Of a stretch of DNA of 64,000 nucleotides, positions 55,209-64,000 are shown in pieces. The notes beneath the pieces were generated by a model, which saw only the letters and a program-made list of their open reading frames with translations, searched no databases and had not been told where the DNA came from. Position 1 is the first letter of the stretch; the number at the start of each line of letters is the position of its first letter. The stretch spans positions 8,521 through 72,520 of the forward strand of contig DPKG01000014.1 of the NCBI GenBank assembly GCA_003542615.1, written 5' to 3'. This DNA comes from Candidatus Shapirobacteria bacterium (GTDB lineage: Bacteria > Patescibacteriota > Microgenomatia > UBA12405). The translations under genes were made by a program, and so were the position numbers.

Positions 55209-55878
55209 ATTCCGGATCTTGCTGAGTAATCAATTCGTAGGGAATTACCTCACCATCACGGCAAATTTTGTAGGGTAGTTGCTCGTGGGTAAATTTGACA
55301 ATCTCTTCAGTTCTCTTGCCCTGCCATTTTTGGGAAATGTTTTTGATTAATTTTTTTTCTTCAGTTTTTAATAGATTCGGTTTTAACATTTGCCCAGCCC
55401 GGGACAAACTAATCATTTGACTACCGTCTTTTTTAATTTCCAAATTGAGAACTCCTTCATTGATAAGCTCCTCTACCTTGGAAAAATATATGTTTGGGAC
55501 CGGACCTAGTTTTAGCCGGCGATATTTGGCACCGGTCATTGATTCAAGATGTTGGTAATACCAGGCAAAATCGTTTAAATAAATCAATTTAGCTAATTTT
55601 GTTTTGGTAATTTTACCGTCGGTAGCGGCACCATAACGGATAGTTTCCAGCAACACTTCACGGTATTTTTCCTCATCAACAATATCTTCGGATAAAATAT
55701 CTTGAGACTCGCAACCAAGCTTGTCGGCCAGCTTTTTAATCTGGTCAAGAGTAGGCGAACCAATCCCCTTCTCGAGAGCAATAAAAGTAGGTCGGGAAAC
55801 ACCGATTATTTTGGCCATATCTTCTTGAGTCCAATTGTTTTTCCGACGAATGCGGGAAAGAAAATCTTGATTAATCAT
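55198..55878 (-). CDS. XRE-family HTH fused to Panacea (DUF4065/SocA-like) domain; candidate PanA antitoxin
   Basis: N-terminal 'WTQEDMAKIIGVSRPTFIALEKG' HTH; C-terminal 'KTKLAKLIYLNDFAWYYQHLESMTGAKYRRLKLGPVP' matches the DUF4065 core (KLxKLLY...W...G..Y....GPV). Confidence 0.55.
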   Translation of the reverse strand: MINQDFLSRIRRKNNWTQEDMAKIIGVSRPTFIALEKGIGSPTLDQIKKLADKLGCESQDILSEDIVDEEKYREVLLETIRYGAATDGKITKTKLAKLIYLNDFAWYYQHLESMTGAKYRRLKLGPVPNIYFSKVEELINEGVLNLEIKKDGSQMISLSRAGQMLKPNLLKTEEKKLIKNISQKWQGKRTEEIVKFTHEQLPYKICRDGEVIPYELITQQDPEYVY

Positions 55879-55908
55879 ATATATAAATAGTAGACTATTG
55901 TAGCACTG

Positions 55909-56682
55909 GTGTCAATTGTATTGACATGGTGGTGTAAAAAAATTTTATTCATCCTCATATTTATATTGCCAGCCGGGTATGTTTTACATAAAACTAAATA
56001 CTTGATTGTTGATTATTTTAGTCCTATAATACATATGAAATTTAAACTTTATATGCTTAAAGAAGGATATTTTATTCCAAGGCATGATAAATATGGTCAA
56101 ACACTAAGATCTCGAGGTTTCGTCGGGGTAGAATCTTGGATAACTGCTAACTTGCAACGGCTAACGTTGGGTTCTAATGGGCCATTATTGCGGGATGAAC
56201 TGAATCGGTCAAACAGAGAGCTTAGAGACGTCTTGTCTTTTGGTGGAATTGTGACCTATGACGGAGATATCTTGGCTATTGGATTGGAAAATGTGGTTGA
56301 TGAGGAATTTATGTCGATTTTGCGTGAAAAAGGAGTAATAAAATGCACCGTTTTGAAAACCGAAAAATTACTTGGGGCTGACTTTAATGCTAATGTTCCA
56401 ATAAGACGTCAAACAAAAATAAACTTCTACGCTCCTCAATTGGATAGCCGCTTGTCATACTCAACAAGCAAGGGAAATTCATTCTTTTTTTGCCTTGATC
56501 GCGAAAAGTCTCTCCATCATGAATTTATCCCTTTTGAAAAACATATCGGTGGGGCGATATATGGAATTAAACTTCCGAAAGATATCTCAATCTCAACAGG
56601 TACCTTTTTAAGTCAAGTGCTTGCTGAGGCTTGTATGGAAAAAGGTTTTGGGTATGTACCACAGCATTGTGTCAAAAGATGA
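55909..56682 (+). CDS. hypothetical protein, divergent from the HTH gene (start possibly at 56035 'MKFKLYML')
   Basis: No family recognised. The first 40 aa of the track ORF are hydrophobic and may be a 5' extension. Confidence 0.35.
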   Translation: MSIVLTWWCKKILFILIFILPAGYVLHKTKYLIVDYFSPIIHMKFKLYMLKEGYFIPRHDKYGQTLRSRGFVGVESWITANLQRLTLGSNGPLLRDELNRSNRELRDVLSFGGIVTYDGDILAIGLENVVDEEFMSILREKGVIKCTVLKTEKLLGADFNANVPIRRQTKINFYAPQLDSRLSYSTSKGNSFFFCLDREKSLHHEFIPFEKHIGGAIYGIKLPKDISISTGTFLSQVLAEACMEKGFGYVPQHCVKR

Positions 56683-56697
56683 ATTCAAACTAATAAT

Positions 56698-57432
56698 TTA
56701 ATCGAACTTATGGCTGGCATGACGATAATTGCAAAATTCACAGTCGGGATTTGAATTGGGGATGGTTTCACTATTTAAACATTCGTGGGCCTTTAGGATA
56801 GTATCTTCAACCCAGGAATCATCACCAGTGTGCTCGACGATAGTCATTTTGAAATTTAGTTTGCCATCAAAGGCGGGTAGGTTTTTGTCGGCGTTGGCAA
56901 AAACAAAAAATCCCCTATTACTGACCTTAAACCCATTTTGCCTAAATAACCATTGATAAAAGTCCATTTGTCTTTTGTATCCTTGCTTATACTGATCCTC
57001 GAGTGATATTTCTTTTTGGGTACTAGTCGATTTGTAATCGACGATATAAAACTCCCCTGCCGGATTTATCCAAACATCATCGACAGCTCCAAAGACATGA
57101 AATTTAGTAGGTTCGTGGTCAACACTTATACCGGTAAAATTGGCTCTCCAGGTATCCATTCGATCGTCTTGATATGGTATGGCGTCAATACCGTATTGCT
57201 CCATCAACTCATGTGTCTGGCCGTTCTTGCGAAGTAAGTCGAATTCTTTTTTCAATAATTCGTCTACTGCTGAATTGAGGGTGTATCCGGGCATAGAAGG
57301 TCTCCCCACTCCTAGGCGTCGGTCCAAATAAAAACATTTGGGGCATTTGACAAAATCTTCAATTTTGCTGCGGCTGATTTGATAAAATTTCGATTCTTCT
57401 GGTTTGTACACTCCTTTATATGATGGGTGCAT
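56698..57432 (-). CDS. PD-(D/E)xK nuclease, Cas4/RecB-like, with Cys cluster
   Basis: 'VDDVWINPAGEFYIVDYKS' (D...E.K core), 'QMDFYQ' (QxxxY motif). N-terminal 'CPKC' and C-terminal 'C-x12-C-x2-C' as in Fe-S RecB-family nucleases. Confidence 0.55.
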   Translation of the reverse strand: MHPSYKGVYKPEESKFYQISRSKIEDFVKCPKCFYLDRRLGVGRPSMPGYTLNSAVDELLKKEFDLLRKNGQTHELMEQYGIDAIPYQDDRMDTWRANFTGISVDHEPTKFHVFGAVDDVWINPAGEFYIVDYKSTSTQKEISLEDQYKQGYKRQMDFYQWLFRQNGFKVSNRGFFVFANADKNLPAFDGKLNFKMTIVEHTGDDSWVEDTILKAHECLNSETIPNSNPDCEFCNYRHASHKFD

Positions 57433-57435
57433 GGG

Positions 57436-60141
57436 TTATTTTAAAATTTGTTTCTCAAACACTTCTTCAAATTTTTCACGCAATGCGCTGTTTACCTGTC
57501 CTTCGTTAAAGAAAGGCAAACCAATCAAACGAAAATCCTTATTTTCTATCTTCAAATCAACAGTGTGATTTTTTTCAATTTCAATCAATAGTTTCTGCTT
57601 CCATCCTTCTTTCGATTGCTCAAAAGTATTTTGCGCGTCTAAAAATTGATCGCCCTTTGGCTCAACAAAAATTTGGTACATAACTTCTTGCTTTGTCTTC
57701 TTCTCTGTCAAAAACAAAACGAAATCCGGATAAAACGGCTCGCCGTTTTCAAAGCAGTAAATTTTGAAAAATTGCTCGTTGCGAAGCAATGCAATGTTTT
57801 GATATTTTTTCTTTAACTTTATTATTGCCTCATCAATAAATCGCAAAAATGATTCTTCTTCACTCGTTCCCCAGATTTCGTTTTGAGCAAACCAGTCGCG
57901 AGTTCCAAAATCAAAATCCCTCATATTTTGCGCTCGCGGACTTTCGCTATCAAGTTGCAATACCTTGTCATTTTCAAATATTTTTTGGATCAAGTGTGCT
58001 TTGAATTCCTTTGTTCCATAATATTCCTTTTTCTCTTTGCCGGCGATTTCTAGCACTTTATCAATCACAAATTCGGCAATACTCAATTTTTCAATCTGCA
58101 AAAGATTTTCTACTTGCTCACTTGTGCCTTTCACCTTAATTTTTATTCTGCCAAGATATTTTTCGTTGGAAATAAAATCCTTTGCGGATTCTATATTGCC
58201 GAATATCTTTTTTAGCTCATAAAATCGACCGGCAGGTATTTTTGCCAAAGCGGTGCGGACAATATGCGTTCCCAAATCAGCAATTTTATAATCCATAGTT
58301 TCTATTTTTGCCTTTACTCCAGCGCCAGCCCCCGCCACAAACAAATCTTTTTCTATTGCTTCTCGTGTGGGTAGTTGAAAAATGTTTATTTCAGCATTGT
58401 GGTCAAATTCCGCTTTAGCGTCCGAGAGCGCAAAAACATCCTTACCCAAATTCTCCTTGCGAGAATTTAAGAAAATATAACCTTTCTTCCAAAAATCGCT
58501 GTTCTTAAAATTACTTTTGATCTTAATCTCTTTTTGCACTGTGCGTGACGGCATAATACCTTCACGAACCAAAACACTTTCCAATTCTTGGATATAACGG
58601 GGGTTCGTTACGCTGTGATAATAAAGCTGTTCCAAAATCCGTAGTTCGTTTTGTGTGTCGGTATCAAATTTTCGTCTATATGCGTCCGTAAAATCGCCGA
58701 GCGTAAATGGATAATATCTCGCGCCTCGTCCGATAAGCTGTGCCTCTTGTACTGTTGTTTTACCCGGCGTGTTGCTTTTGGCATCACGGCTATTATAGAG
58801 CCGGACAATATCAAAAAGATTCAAAACATCCCAACCCTCATTCAATTTTTCTGTCGCAAAAATAGCGCGAATTTCATTGCTTTGATCTTCCAAAGAATTA
58901 AGTAAAATTTGCTTTTGCTCTAAATCTTTATCTTCATCAACCGTCAAGCATTTTTCCGGCGCAAAATCACTTTTAATTTCTAACACTAAATCCGCCAAGG
59001 ATATTTTTTGCTCATTGAAAAATTGAAATGCTTTTTGCAATGTTGCGTCTTTAATGGCTGTTTGTTGTTTTAGATGTTTTTCGCCGAGTTCAGAAATAAG
59101 TTTATGAAAAGAATTTTTGAAAATGCTCGAAACGACAATTTGCGGATTATGTTCTTTTGATATTCCTTCTTTGGGGATACTTACTCTATTAGCTTTAAAC
59201 ATCACCACCGGCTTCAATGCGATTTTGTACTTTTCTGCCACTTTACGACGATATTGCGAAATAATCACCGCCGAAAGCGCGCGTTCCATAATCGGCGCGT
59301 TAATTTGCAAAGTTCGCACATCTTTTGAAAATCCGTCCAAGCGATATTCTTTCAGATCATAACGATAAATCGCTTTGTCTTTGTATTTTTCCAAAATTTC
59401 AGGATATTCCTGCTCGAGCCGAGCCGTTGCTGTAAATTCCAAAAGTATATTGTCTTTTTGACTGTTTGCGTTCAAAATTTGCACCACTGTATTTTCCCAG
59501 TTTCGGCGGTCTTCTTCTTCGGTTTTACTTATTTTATTATTTGTTTCCGCAGATAGATTGTGCGCTTCATCGGCAATCAAAACAATTTTTTTGTCCGCAA
59601 AATCTTCGTAAGTCAAAACATTTTCGCGAGCGAAATTAAAGCGAGAATGCAAAAGCGCGGTGGTAGAAAAAATAATGTTTATGTCAGCATTATTTACGCC
59701 TTCAAAATTATCTACTTCTTTAATTTTTATTTCCTGTCCGCCAAGCGTGATTTTGTCGGCAAACAAATACTTTTTGGAATTCGGATCAAGAAAATTGGCT
59801 TTGGTCTTTTGGATAATGTTGCCAAGGCGAGTAAAAAAAATGAAATTGCGGTAGCCTTTTTGATAAAAATACAAAAGATTGGCGGCCATGACGAGCGTCT
59901 TGCCCGAGCCGGTCGCCATATTAAACATCAAATGAATCGGCTTTTGTTTTTGGTGATATTCTTCAACATAATAATAAAATCGTCCCAGCGCTTCTTTCTG
60001 ATATTCGCGCGCTGGAAAAGCCGGATTAAGATTTTTCAAAATATCCGTTTTTTCTGTCGCCTTGTTTTTGAAAACATCAGCGCCAGCAAAGTTTTTATAT
60101 GAGTTAAATTCGTCGTAAAGCATTTTATTTAACAAAACCAA
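57436..60141 (-). CDS. res: Type III restriction enzyme Res subunit (SF2 helicase + C-terminal PD-ExK nuclease)
   Basis: 'MATGSGKT' Walker A, 'LIADEAHN' DEAH box, helicase C motifs, C-terminal 'YPDFVLF...IFVEPKG'. Confidence 0.8.
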   Translation of the reverse strand: MVLLNKMLYDEFNSYKNFAGADVFKNKATEKTDILKNLNPAFPAREYQKEALGRFYYYVEEYHQKQKPIHLMFNMATGSGKTLVMAANLLYFYQKGYRNFIFFTRLGNIIQKTKANFLDPNSKKYLFADKITLGGQEIKIKEVDNFEGVNNADINIIFSTTALLHSRFNFARENVLTYEDFADKKIVLIADEAHNLSAETNNKISKTEEEDRRNWENTVVQILNANSQKDNILLEFTATARLEQEYPEILEKYKDKAIYRYDLKEYRLDGFSKDVRTLQINAPIMERALSAVIISQYRRKVAEKYKIALKPVVMFKANRVSIPKEGISKEHNPQIVVSSIFKNSFHKLISELGEKHLKQQTAIKDATLQKAFQFFNEQKISLADLVLEIKSDFAPEKCLTVDEDKDLEQKQILLNSLEDQSNEIRAIFATEKLNEGWDVLNLFDIVRLYNSRDAKSNTPGKTTVQEAQLIGRGARYYPFTLGDFTDAYRRKFDTDTQNELRILEQLYYHSVTNPRYIQELESVLVREGIMPSRTVQKEIKIKSNFKNSDFWKKGYIFLNSRKENLGKDVFALSDAKAEFDHNAEINIFQLPTREAIEKDLFVAGAGAGVKAKIETMDYKIADLGTHIVRTALAKIPAGRFYELKKIFGNIESAKDFISNEKYLGRIKIKVKGTSEQVENLLQIEKLSIAEFVIDKVLEIAGKEKKEYYGTKEFKAHLIQKIFENDKVLQLDSESPRAQNMRDFDFGTRDWFAQNEIWGTSEEESFLRFIDEAIIKLKKKYQNIALLRNEQFFKIYCFENGEPFYPDFVLFLTEKKTKQEVMYQIFVEPKGDQFLDAQNTFEQSKEGWKQKLLIEIEKNHTVDLKIENKDFRLIGLPFFNEGQVNSALREKFEEVFEKQILK

Positions 60142-60853
60142 TAAACCTTAAAAGTTTTTCTCCTTTGTCTGTAATAGAAAAAGCTCCGCCGGTAACCCCA
60201 TTGATCATTCCATTTTGCTGTAAAACGTTGAATACTGTCGCTCTCTGACCTGGATCTATAATAAATGACTGCCACGCAATATTATATGAGTCGTAGGTAA
60301 TAATACTTTTATCTTTTAAATCAAAAAACCATTTTAGAACCCGCTTCGTTGTGTCCACAAAAAATAAAGCGAGGTAACTAAATTCATATATCTCTAAAAG
60401 TGCTTGCTGGGCCATTAGTTGTTCTTCAGTTTGGGCTTTTTCTTGTTTGTTCTTATCCAGTAGTTTTTTGAGCTCATCTACTTTCGCCATTTGCTCTGGA
60501 TTATCAACTGGGAGTTCTTTATTTTTCCCATCAATTTTTACGTTTTCAACTTTGGGCTCTTGCTGTCTTTCATCTGTACCAGGAACTTTTGGTTTATGGT
60601 TTTCCAAAAATATTTCTATTGAGTTATGAAATTTTCTCATAAAAACAAAAAAACCTAAAACTCCTAACGTTGGCCAAGAAAGTAAAATCTGTAGTAAATC
60701 CGTTGTCTGTTTTGCACTGTTTTCATTGTATTTGGGAACGATAAAAATAATTAATGCAACCAATCCAATTACAATAAAAAAAAACAAAACTATGCCTAGC
60801 AAATAAGGCAATTCTTGTTTCCCCCATTCATATATTTTTTTAAAATTACCCAT
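60125..60853 (-). CDS. hypothetical membrane + coiled-coil protein inserted between mod and res
   Basis: 242 aa; two N-terminal TM helices, Lys/Glu/Gln-rich coiled coil, C-terminal globular part. Overlaps the mod stop and the res start. Confidence 0.4.
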   Translation of the reverse strand: MGNFKKIYEWGKQELPYLLGIVLFFFIVIGLVALIIFIVPKYNENSAKQTTDLLQILLSWPTLGVLGFFVFMRKFHNSIEIFLENHKPKVPGTDERQQEPKVENVKIDGKNKELPVDNPEQMAKVDELKKLLDKNKQEKAQTEEQLMAQQALLEIYEFSYLALFFVDTTKRVLKWFFDLKDKSIITYDSYNIAWQSFIIDPGQRATVFNVLQQNGMINGVTGGAFSITDKGEKLLRFIGFVK

Positions 60854-62723
60854 AAAATTCTTTGTTTAATTTAATATCTTCCTTACTTACACCATACTCC
60901 TTATCCTCAATCTCGCTCAAATTGACATAAAGCTGGTTTTTATCCAAACACTCAACTAAAAATCTCTTTTGATCAGCAACACTCAAGTCGGCAAAACCTT
61001 TTGCGTTCGCGTCAACCGATTTGGGATCTACTTTATAGCTCAAAAAGGCTGTTTCTTCCATTTCGTTCCAAAGTTTGGAAAGTTCTTTTCCGGTTTTTGC
61101 TTTTTCAATTTTTTCTATCCATTCCTCGTTCCATTTAGCAAGTTCCATATACACAAAATCACCGCCACCTTGCCAATTTACAGCTTTTGAAATTCCACCC
61201 TGTTCACCAGCGATAACTTTTTTGAGTCGTGCTTCTGGTAAATCGTGAATATAATCCATTTGCTCAACACCAATATATTGTCGCCCCATTTTATGTGCCA
61301 CCGCCAAAGTCGTTCCGCTCCCAGCAAAAAAATCTAAAACGAGATCATCCTTTTTACTTCCAATTTCTAAAATTCTATGTAAAAGTTTTTCCGGTTTTGG
61401 TGTAGAGAAATCAGCATTATCGAATAATTCTTTTATTTCTTTTCTAGCATCTTGATTGTGTCCAACATCTTCATAAGACCAAATTGTTTGCGGGGTTACG
61501 CCATCTCTAACTTCAGATAAAAATCTTTTAAGCGATGGCACGCTTTCTCCGTTGGCTCCAAACCAAATTCGATTATCCTCCACAAGCTCATCAAACTTTT
61601 GCTTAGACATTCTCCAGCATCTACTTTTTGGCGGATTCACAATGCGTCCACTTGGCGTAGTAATTGGATAATCGTAACTTACAGAATAAGTTTTGACAGA
61701 TAAATCACTGGATTTCCAAACCCCTCTTGGATCATTGTCAGTATTTTCATATCTTGCATTCATTTCATCAGTTCTTTGAAGTAAGTTAATCTTCCAATCG
61801 TTTTTATTTTTAGCAAAAACTAAAATATGATCATGCATATCTGAAAAATATCTCGCATCATTCTGTGGGGAGTATTTTTTCTGCCAAATAATATTTGCCA
61901 CAAAATTATCCCTTCCAAAAATACCATCTGAAATAACTTTTAAATAATGGGATTCATCATCGTCAATATTGATCCAAATAGATCCCTCTTCGCTCAATAA
62001 TGTTTTCGCGATATCCAAACGATTTTTTATAAAAGTTAACCAAGAAGAATGATTAAAACTATCGTTATAACCAAAAGAATCTTTTCCAGTATTATACGGT
62101 GGATCAATATAAATTAATTTTACTTTTCCGGCGAATTCTTTTTTGAGCGATGCGAGCGCGAGCAGGTTATTGCCTTTGATAATCAAATTATCTTTAATCG
62201 TGCCTTTTACATCTCTGTTGAAGCCGTCCAGTTTGTGTTCGCCTTTTTTGTCTATCCGCTTAAAATTGGTAAAAACTTTGGCGTCTAGCAAGCGATTGAT
62301 GTCGTCCGGCGCCAATGTTTCGTTATAAAAAATCTCGTTTCTTTTTTGGTCCTCTTTGGTCATTCCACCTTCCAAAATACAATCTTTGTATGGCCATGCC
62401 AAAACCACTTCTTTGTTTTCGCCCACATATTCATCACTAGTAGTTAAACCGATTTTATTTTTGAAAGCTGTATAAGAATCCGGTAAAAATTGTTTATTGG
62501 AAACAAAACGGATAAATTTCTCTTTATCAAAAATCAGCGTCTTTTCTACTTCAAAAAAGAAGTGTTGCTTTGTCGCTTTGTCGGAAAGCAAAAGTATGAT
62601 AAGTTCAGGATCATTTTTTCGAGCTAATTCCTGTGTTTGGTTTTTCAAAAGTACGCCATCTTGCGAAGCAAGGCGCTCATCTTTTTTTAATAAATCTGTC
62701 AGTTGTTCAAAGATATTTTTCAT
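60846..62723 (-). CDS. mod: Type III R-M Mod subunit (N6-adenine DNA methyltransferase, beta class)
   Basis: Motif IV 'LIYIDPPYNTG' precedes motif I 'DFFAGSGTTLAVA' (beta-class order); 625 aa. Confidence 0.85.
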   Translation of the reverse strand: MKNIFEQLTDLLKKDERLASQDGVLLKNQTQELARKNDPELIILLLSDKATKQHFFFEVEKTLIFDKEKFIRFVSNKQFLPDSYTAFKNKIGLTTSDEYVGENKEVVLAWPYKDCILEGGMTKEDQKRNEIFYNETLAPDDINRLLDAKVFTNFKRIDKKGEHKLDGFNRDVKGTIKDNLIIKGNNLLALASLKKEFAGKVKLIYIDPPYNTGKDSFGYNDSFNHSSWLTFIKNRLDIAKTLLSEEGSIWINIDDDESHYLKVISDGIFGRDNFVANIIWQKKYSPQNDARYFSDMHDHILVFAKNKNDWKINLLQRTDEMNARYENTDNDPRGVWKSSDLSVKTYSVSYDYPITTPSGRIVNPPKSRCWRMSKQKFDELVEDNRIWFGANGESVPSLKRFLSEVRDGVTPQTIWSYEDVGHNQDARKEIKELFDNADFSTPKPEKLLHRILEIGSKKDDLVLDFFAGSGTTLAVAHKMGRQYIGVEQMDYIHDLPEARLKKVIAGEQGGISKAVNWQGGGDFVYMELAKWNEEWIEKIEKAKTGKELSKLWNEMEETAFLSYKVDPKSVDANAKGFADLSVADQKRFLVECLDKNQLYVNLSEIEDKEYGVSKEDIKLNKEFYG

Positions 62724-63012
62724 ATGTTTTGATTATACCGCTTGGGGGCTAAAAGCCGGAATTTAAAAACAATTTTTGGTTTGAGAGTATTGAAAGAATT
62801 GATAAGGATATAAATTTAGCGAGGGGGAAAGGTCATAATTAAGCCAAATGGTGGATTTAAAATGGTAAAATAGGGTATGTTTGGTTCTCCAGAATTAAAA
62901 AAAATCCGGATATAGCTTGGGTGAGACGAAACAGTGAAAATTCCAAAGAAGGATTTCATCGGTTTTTTATTTTGAGAGCAGTAAAGGGAGTGAGAATTAT
63001 AGTGACGAAAGA

Positions 63013-63255
63013 TTAGGCTTTGATTAGGGCTAGTTTTTGGAGACGGGAGAGTTTTTTGATTTGAGATTCGGCAATAAGGGCGGAGGAGCGGTCGGGAAAG
63101 GAGGCGGAATAGACTAATTTGACCGGACGGCGGGCGCGGGTGTATTTTGCCCCTATTTTGGGGGAATTATGTTCTTTAAGACGGCGGGGCAGATTGGTGG
63201 TGATGCCGGTATAGAGAGTGTTGTCGGCACAGAGAAGGATGTAGAGGAAGTACAT
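63013..63255 (-). CDS. GIY-YIG nuclease domain protein (UPF0213-like)
   Basis: 'YFLYILLCADNTLYTGITTNLPRRLKEH' carries GIY...YIG plus the conserved Arg/Glu. Confidence 0.7.
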   Translation of the reverse strand: MYFLYILLCADNTLYTGITTNLPRRLKEHNSPKIGAKYTRARRPVKLVYSASFPDRSSALIAESQIKKLSRLQKLALIKA

Positions 63256-63267
63256 GAAGAAAAAAGA

Positions 63268-63987
63268 CTATTGGATACAGGCGCCGTCGGTGGAGCCTTC
63301 GAGAGGATAGCTGACGACTCCGGTAGAGGGATCGAAAAGTGAATAAGGATTCCCGTTGTAGCAATAGGTGTCAAAAGTACAGAAAGGATCGCTAGTGGAG
63401 GGAAAATAAAGAGAGGTGTGAGATAAAATAGTTTCGCCAATGATTGAACCGTTTTCATCAAAAATATATTGATAATTGTCCAAAATAAGCGGTTGGTTTG
63501 TCGGTAAAACGTGGTAAATTAGACTAGGTTGACCGTCTTGGGAGGGTGGAAGAAAATTAGAAATTATCATTGTAGAGGTATCAGGACCGATACGATAATT
63601 GATCGTATCCAGAGTGGGATTTTCGAGTCGAATTAGAACAACATCTGCGTTGGGTTGACATTGGGGAGTGATAGTGAAAAGACTTACAGAGGGAGGTTCG
63701 ACGGAAGGAGAATGGCCAAGACACCAGTCAGTGGAGATATCTTTGAGTAAATTACCTTCGGCGTCGGTGTCACCATTATAATCAAAATCACCATGGTCGA
63801 GGTGAGAAGAAAGACTGTTTGATGAGACGCTGATGGCAACCCAGTGATTTTGGAGACCTTTGGTACGATGACAAACTAAAACCTTATCTGATTGGGATTT
63901 GACGGTGGGGACAAAGAAAATTGATAAAGTCAAAATTAAAAAAAGAGATATAAGAAGATTGAAAAAAAGAGGATATGATTTGTTCAT
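63268..63987 (-). CDS. secreted hypothetical protein (239 aa)
   Basis: Signal peptide; no family recognised. Confidence 0.4.
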   Translation of the reverse strand: MNKSYPLFFNLLISLFLILTLSIFFVPTVKSQSDKVLVCHRTKGLQNHWVAISVSSNSLSSHLDHGDFDYNGDTDAEGNLLKDISTDWCLGHSPSVEPPSVSLFTITPQCQPNADVVLIRLENPTLDTINYRIGPDTSTMIISNFLPPSQDGQPSLIYHVLPTNQPLILDNYQYIFDENGSIIGETILSHTSLYFPSTSDPFCTFDTYCYNGNPYSLFDPSTGVVSYPLEGSTDGACIQ

Positions 63988-64000
63988 GACTATAATGTTA

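Noticed and set aside
1-64000. Searched by eye for CRISPR arrays, rRNA, tmRNA/RNase P/SRP RNA signatures and a reverse transcriptase
   Set aside because: No regularly spaced direct repeats, no rRNA-like segments and no RT motifs (YxDD) were found. Absence is by inspection only, not by a covariance-model search.

Overview
AT-rich, gene-dense 64 kb window (about 90 percent coding). It has many short hypothetical membrane or secreted proteins and few metabolic genes. Housekeeping calls I can support: glyA, clpB, a KsgA-like rRNA methylase, SpoU, PepF, a NUDIX hydrolase, QueH and an ECF sigma factor. The overall character fits a small-genome Patescibacteria/CPR-like bacterium; that lineage guess is inference only. 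Standard genetic code: TAG, TAA and TGA all terminate intact conserved genes. Four tRNAs are present (Arg-GCG?, Ser-CGA, Arg-CCG, Ser-GGA). There is no rRNA, no CRISPR array and no reverse transcriptase. Coordinates of features I derived by hand (tRNAs, tatA copies, the motif, the small ORF, adjusted starts) may be off by 1-2 nt; one such discrepancy at 15420/15421 was not resolved. The most unusual content is a roughly 17 kb run of genes all on the minus strand, 16819-33605. Within it: (a) an operon of compositionally distinct, G/T/S-rich phage-virion-like proteins without signal peptides (24221-31117), including two long paralogs and a beta-helix tailspike-like protein; (b) immediately downstream in the same orientation, a twin-arginine translocation cluster with five tandem tatA paralogs flanking tatC (21811-23384); (c) a 930-aa surface protein with a Pro/Thr linker and two SH3b-like domains; (d) a membrane protein carrying an internal consensus twin-arginine motif (SRRQFLK). 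Separately, both tRNA-Ser genes are each followed within 0-6 nt by a protein-coding gene. Each of those genes ends at a copy of a conserved ~40-nt motif, and a third copy of that motif abuts a truncated HD-domain gene. The 3' end of the window holds a defense island: a PanA-like (HTH + DUF4065) antitoxin with a RelE-like partner, a Cas4/RecB-like nuclease, a Type III R-M system whose mod and res are split by an inserted membrane/coiled-coil gene, and a GIY-YIG nuclease. Many short antisense or overlapping ORFs in the track were judged spurious.
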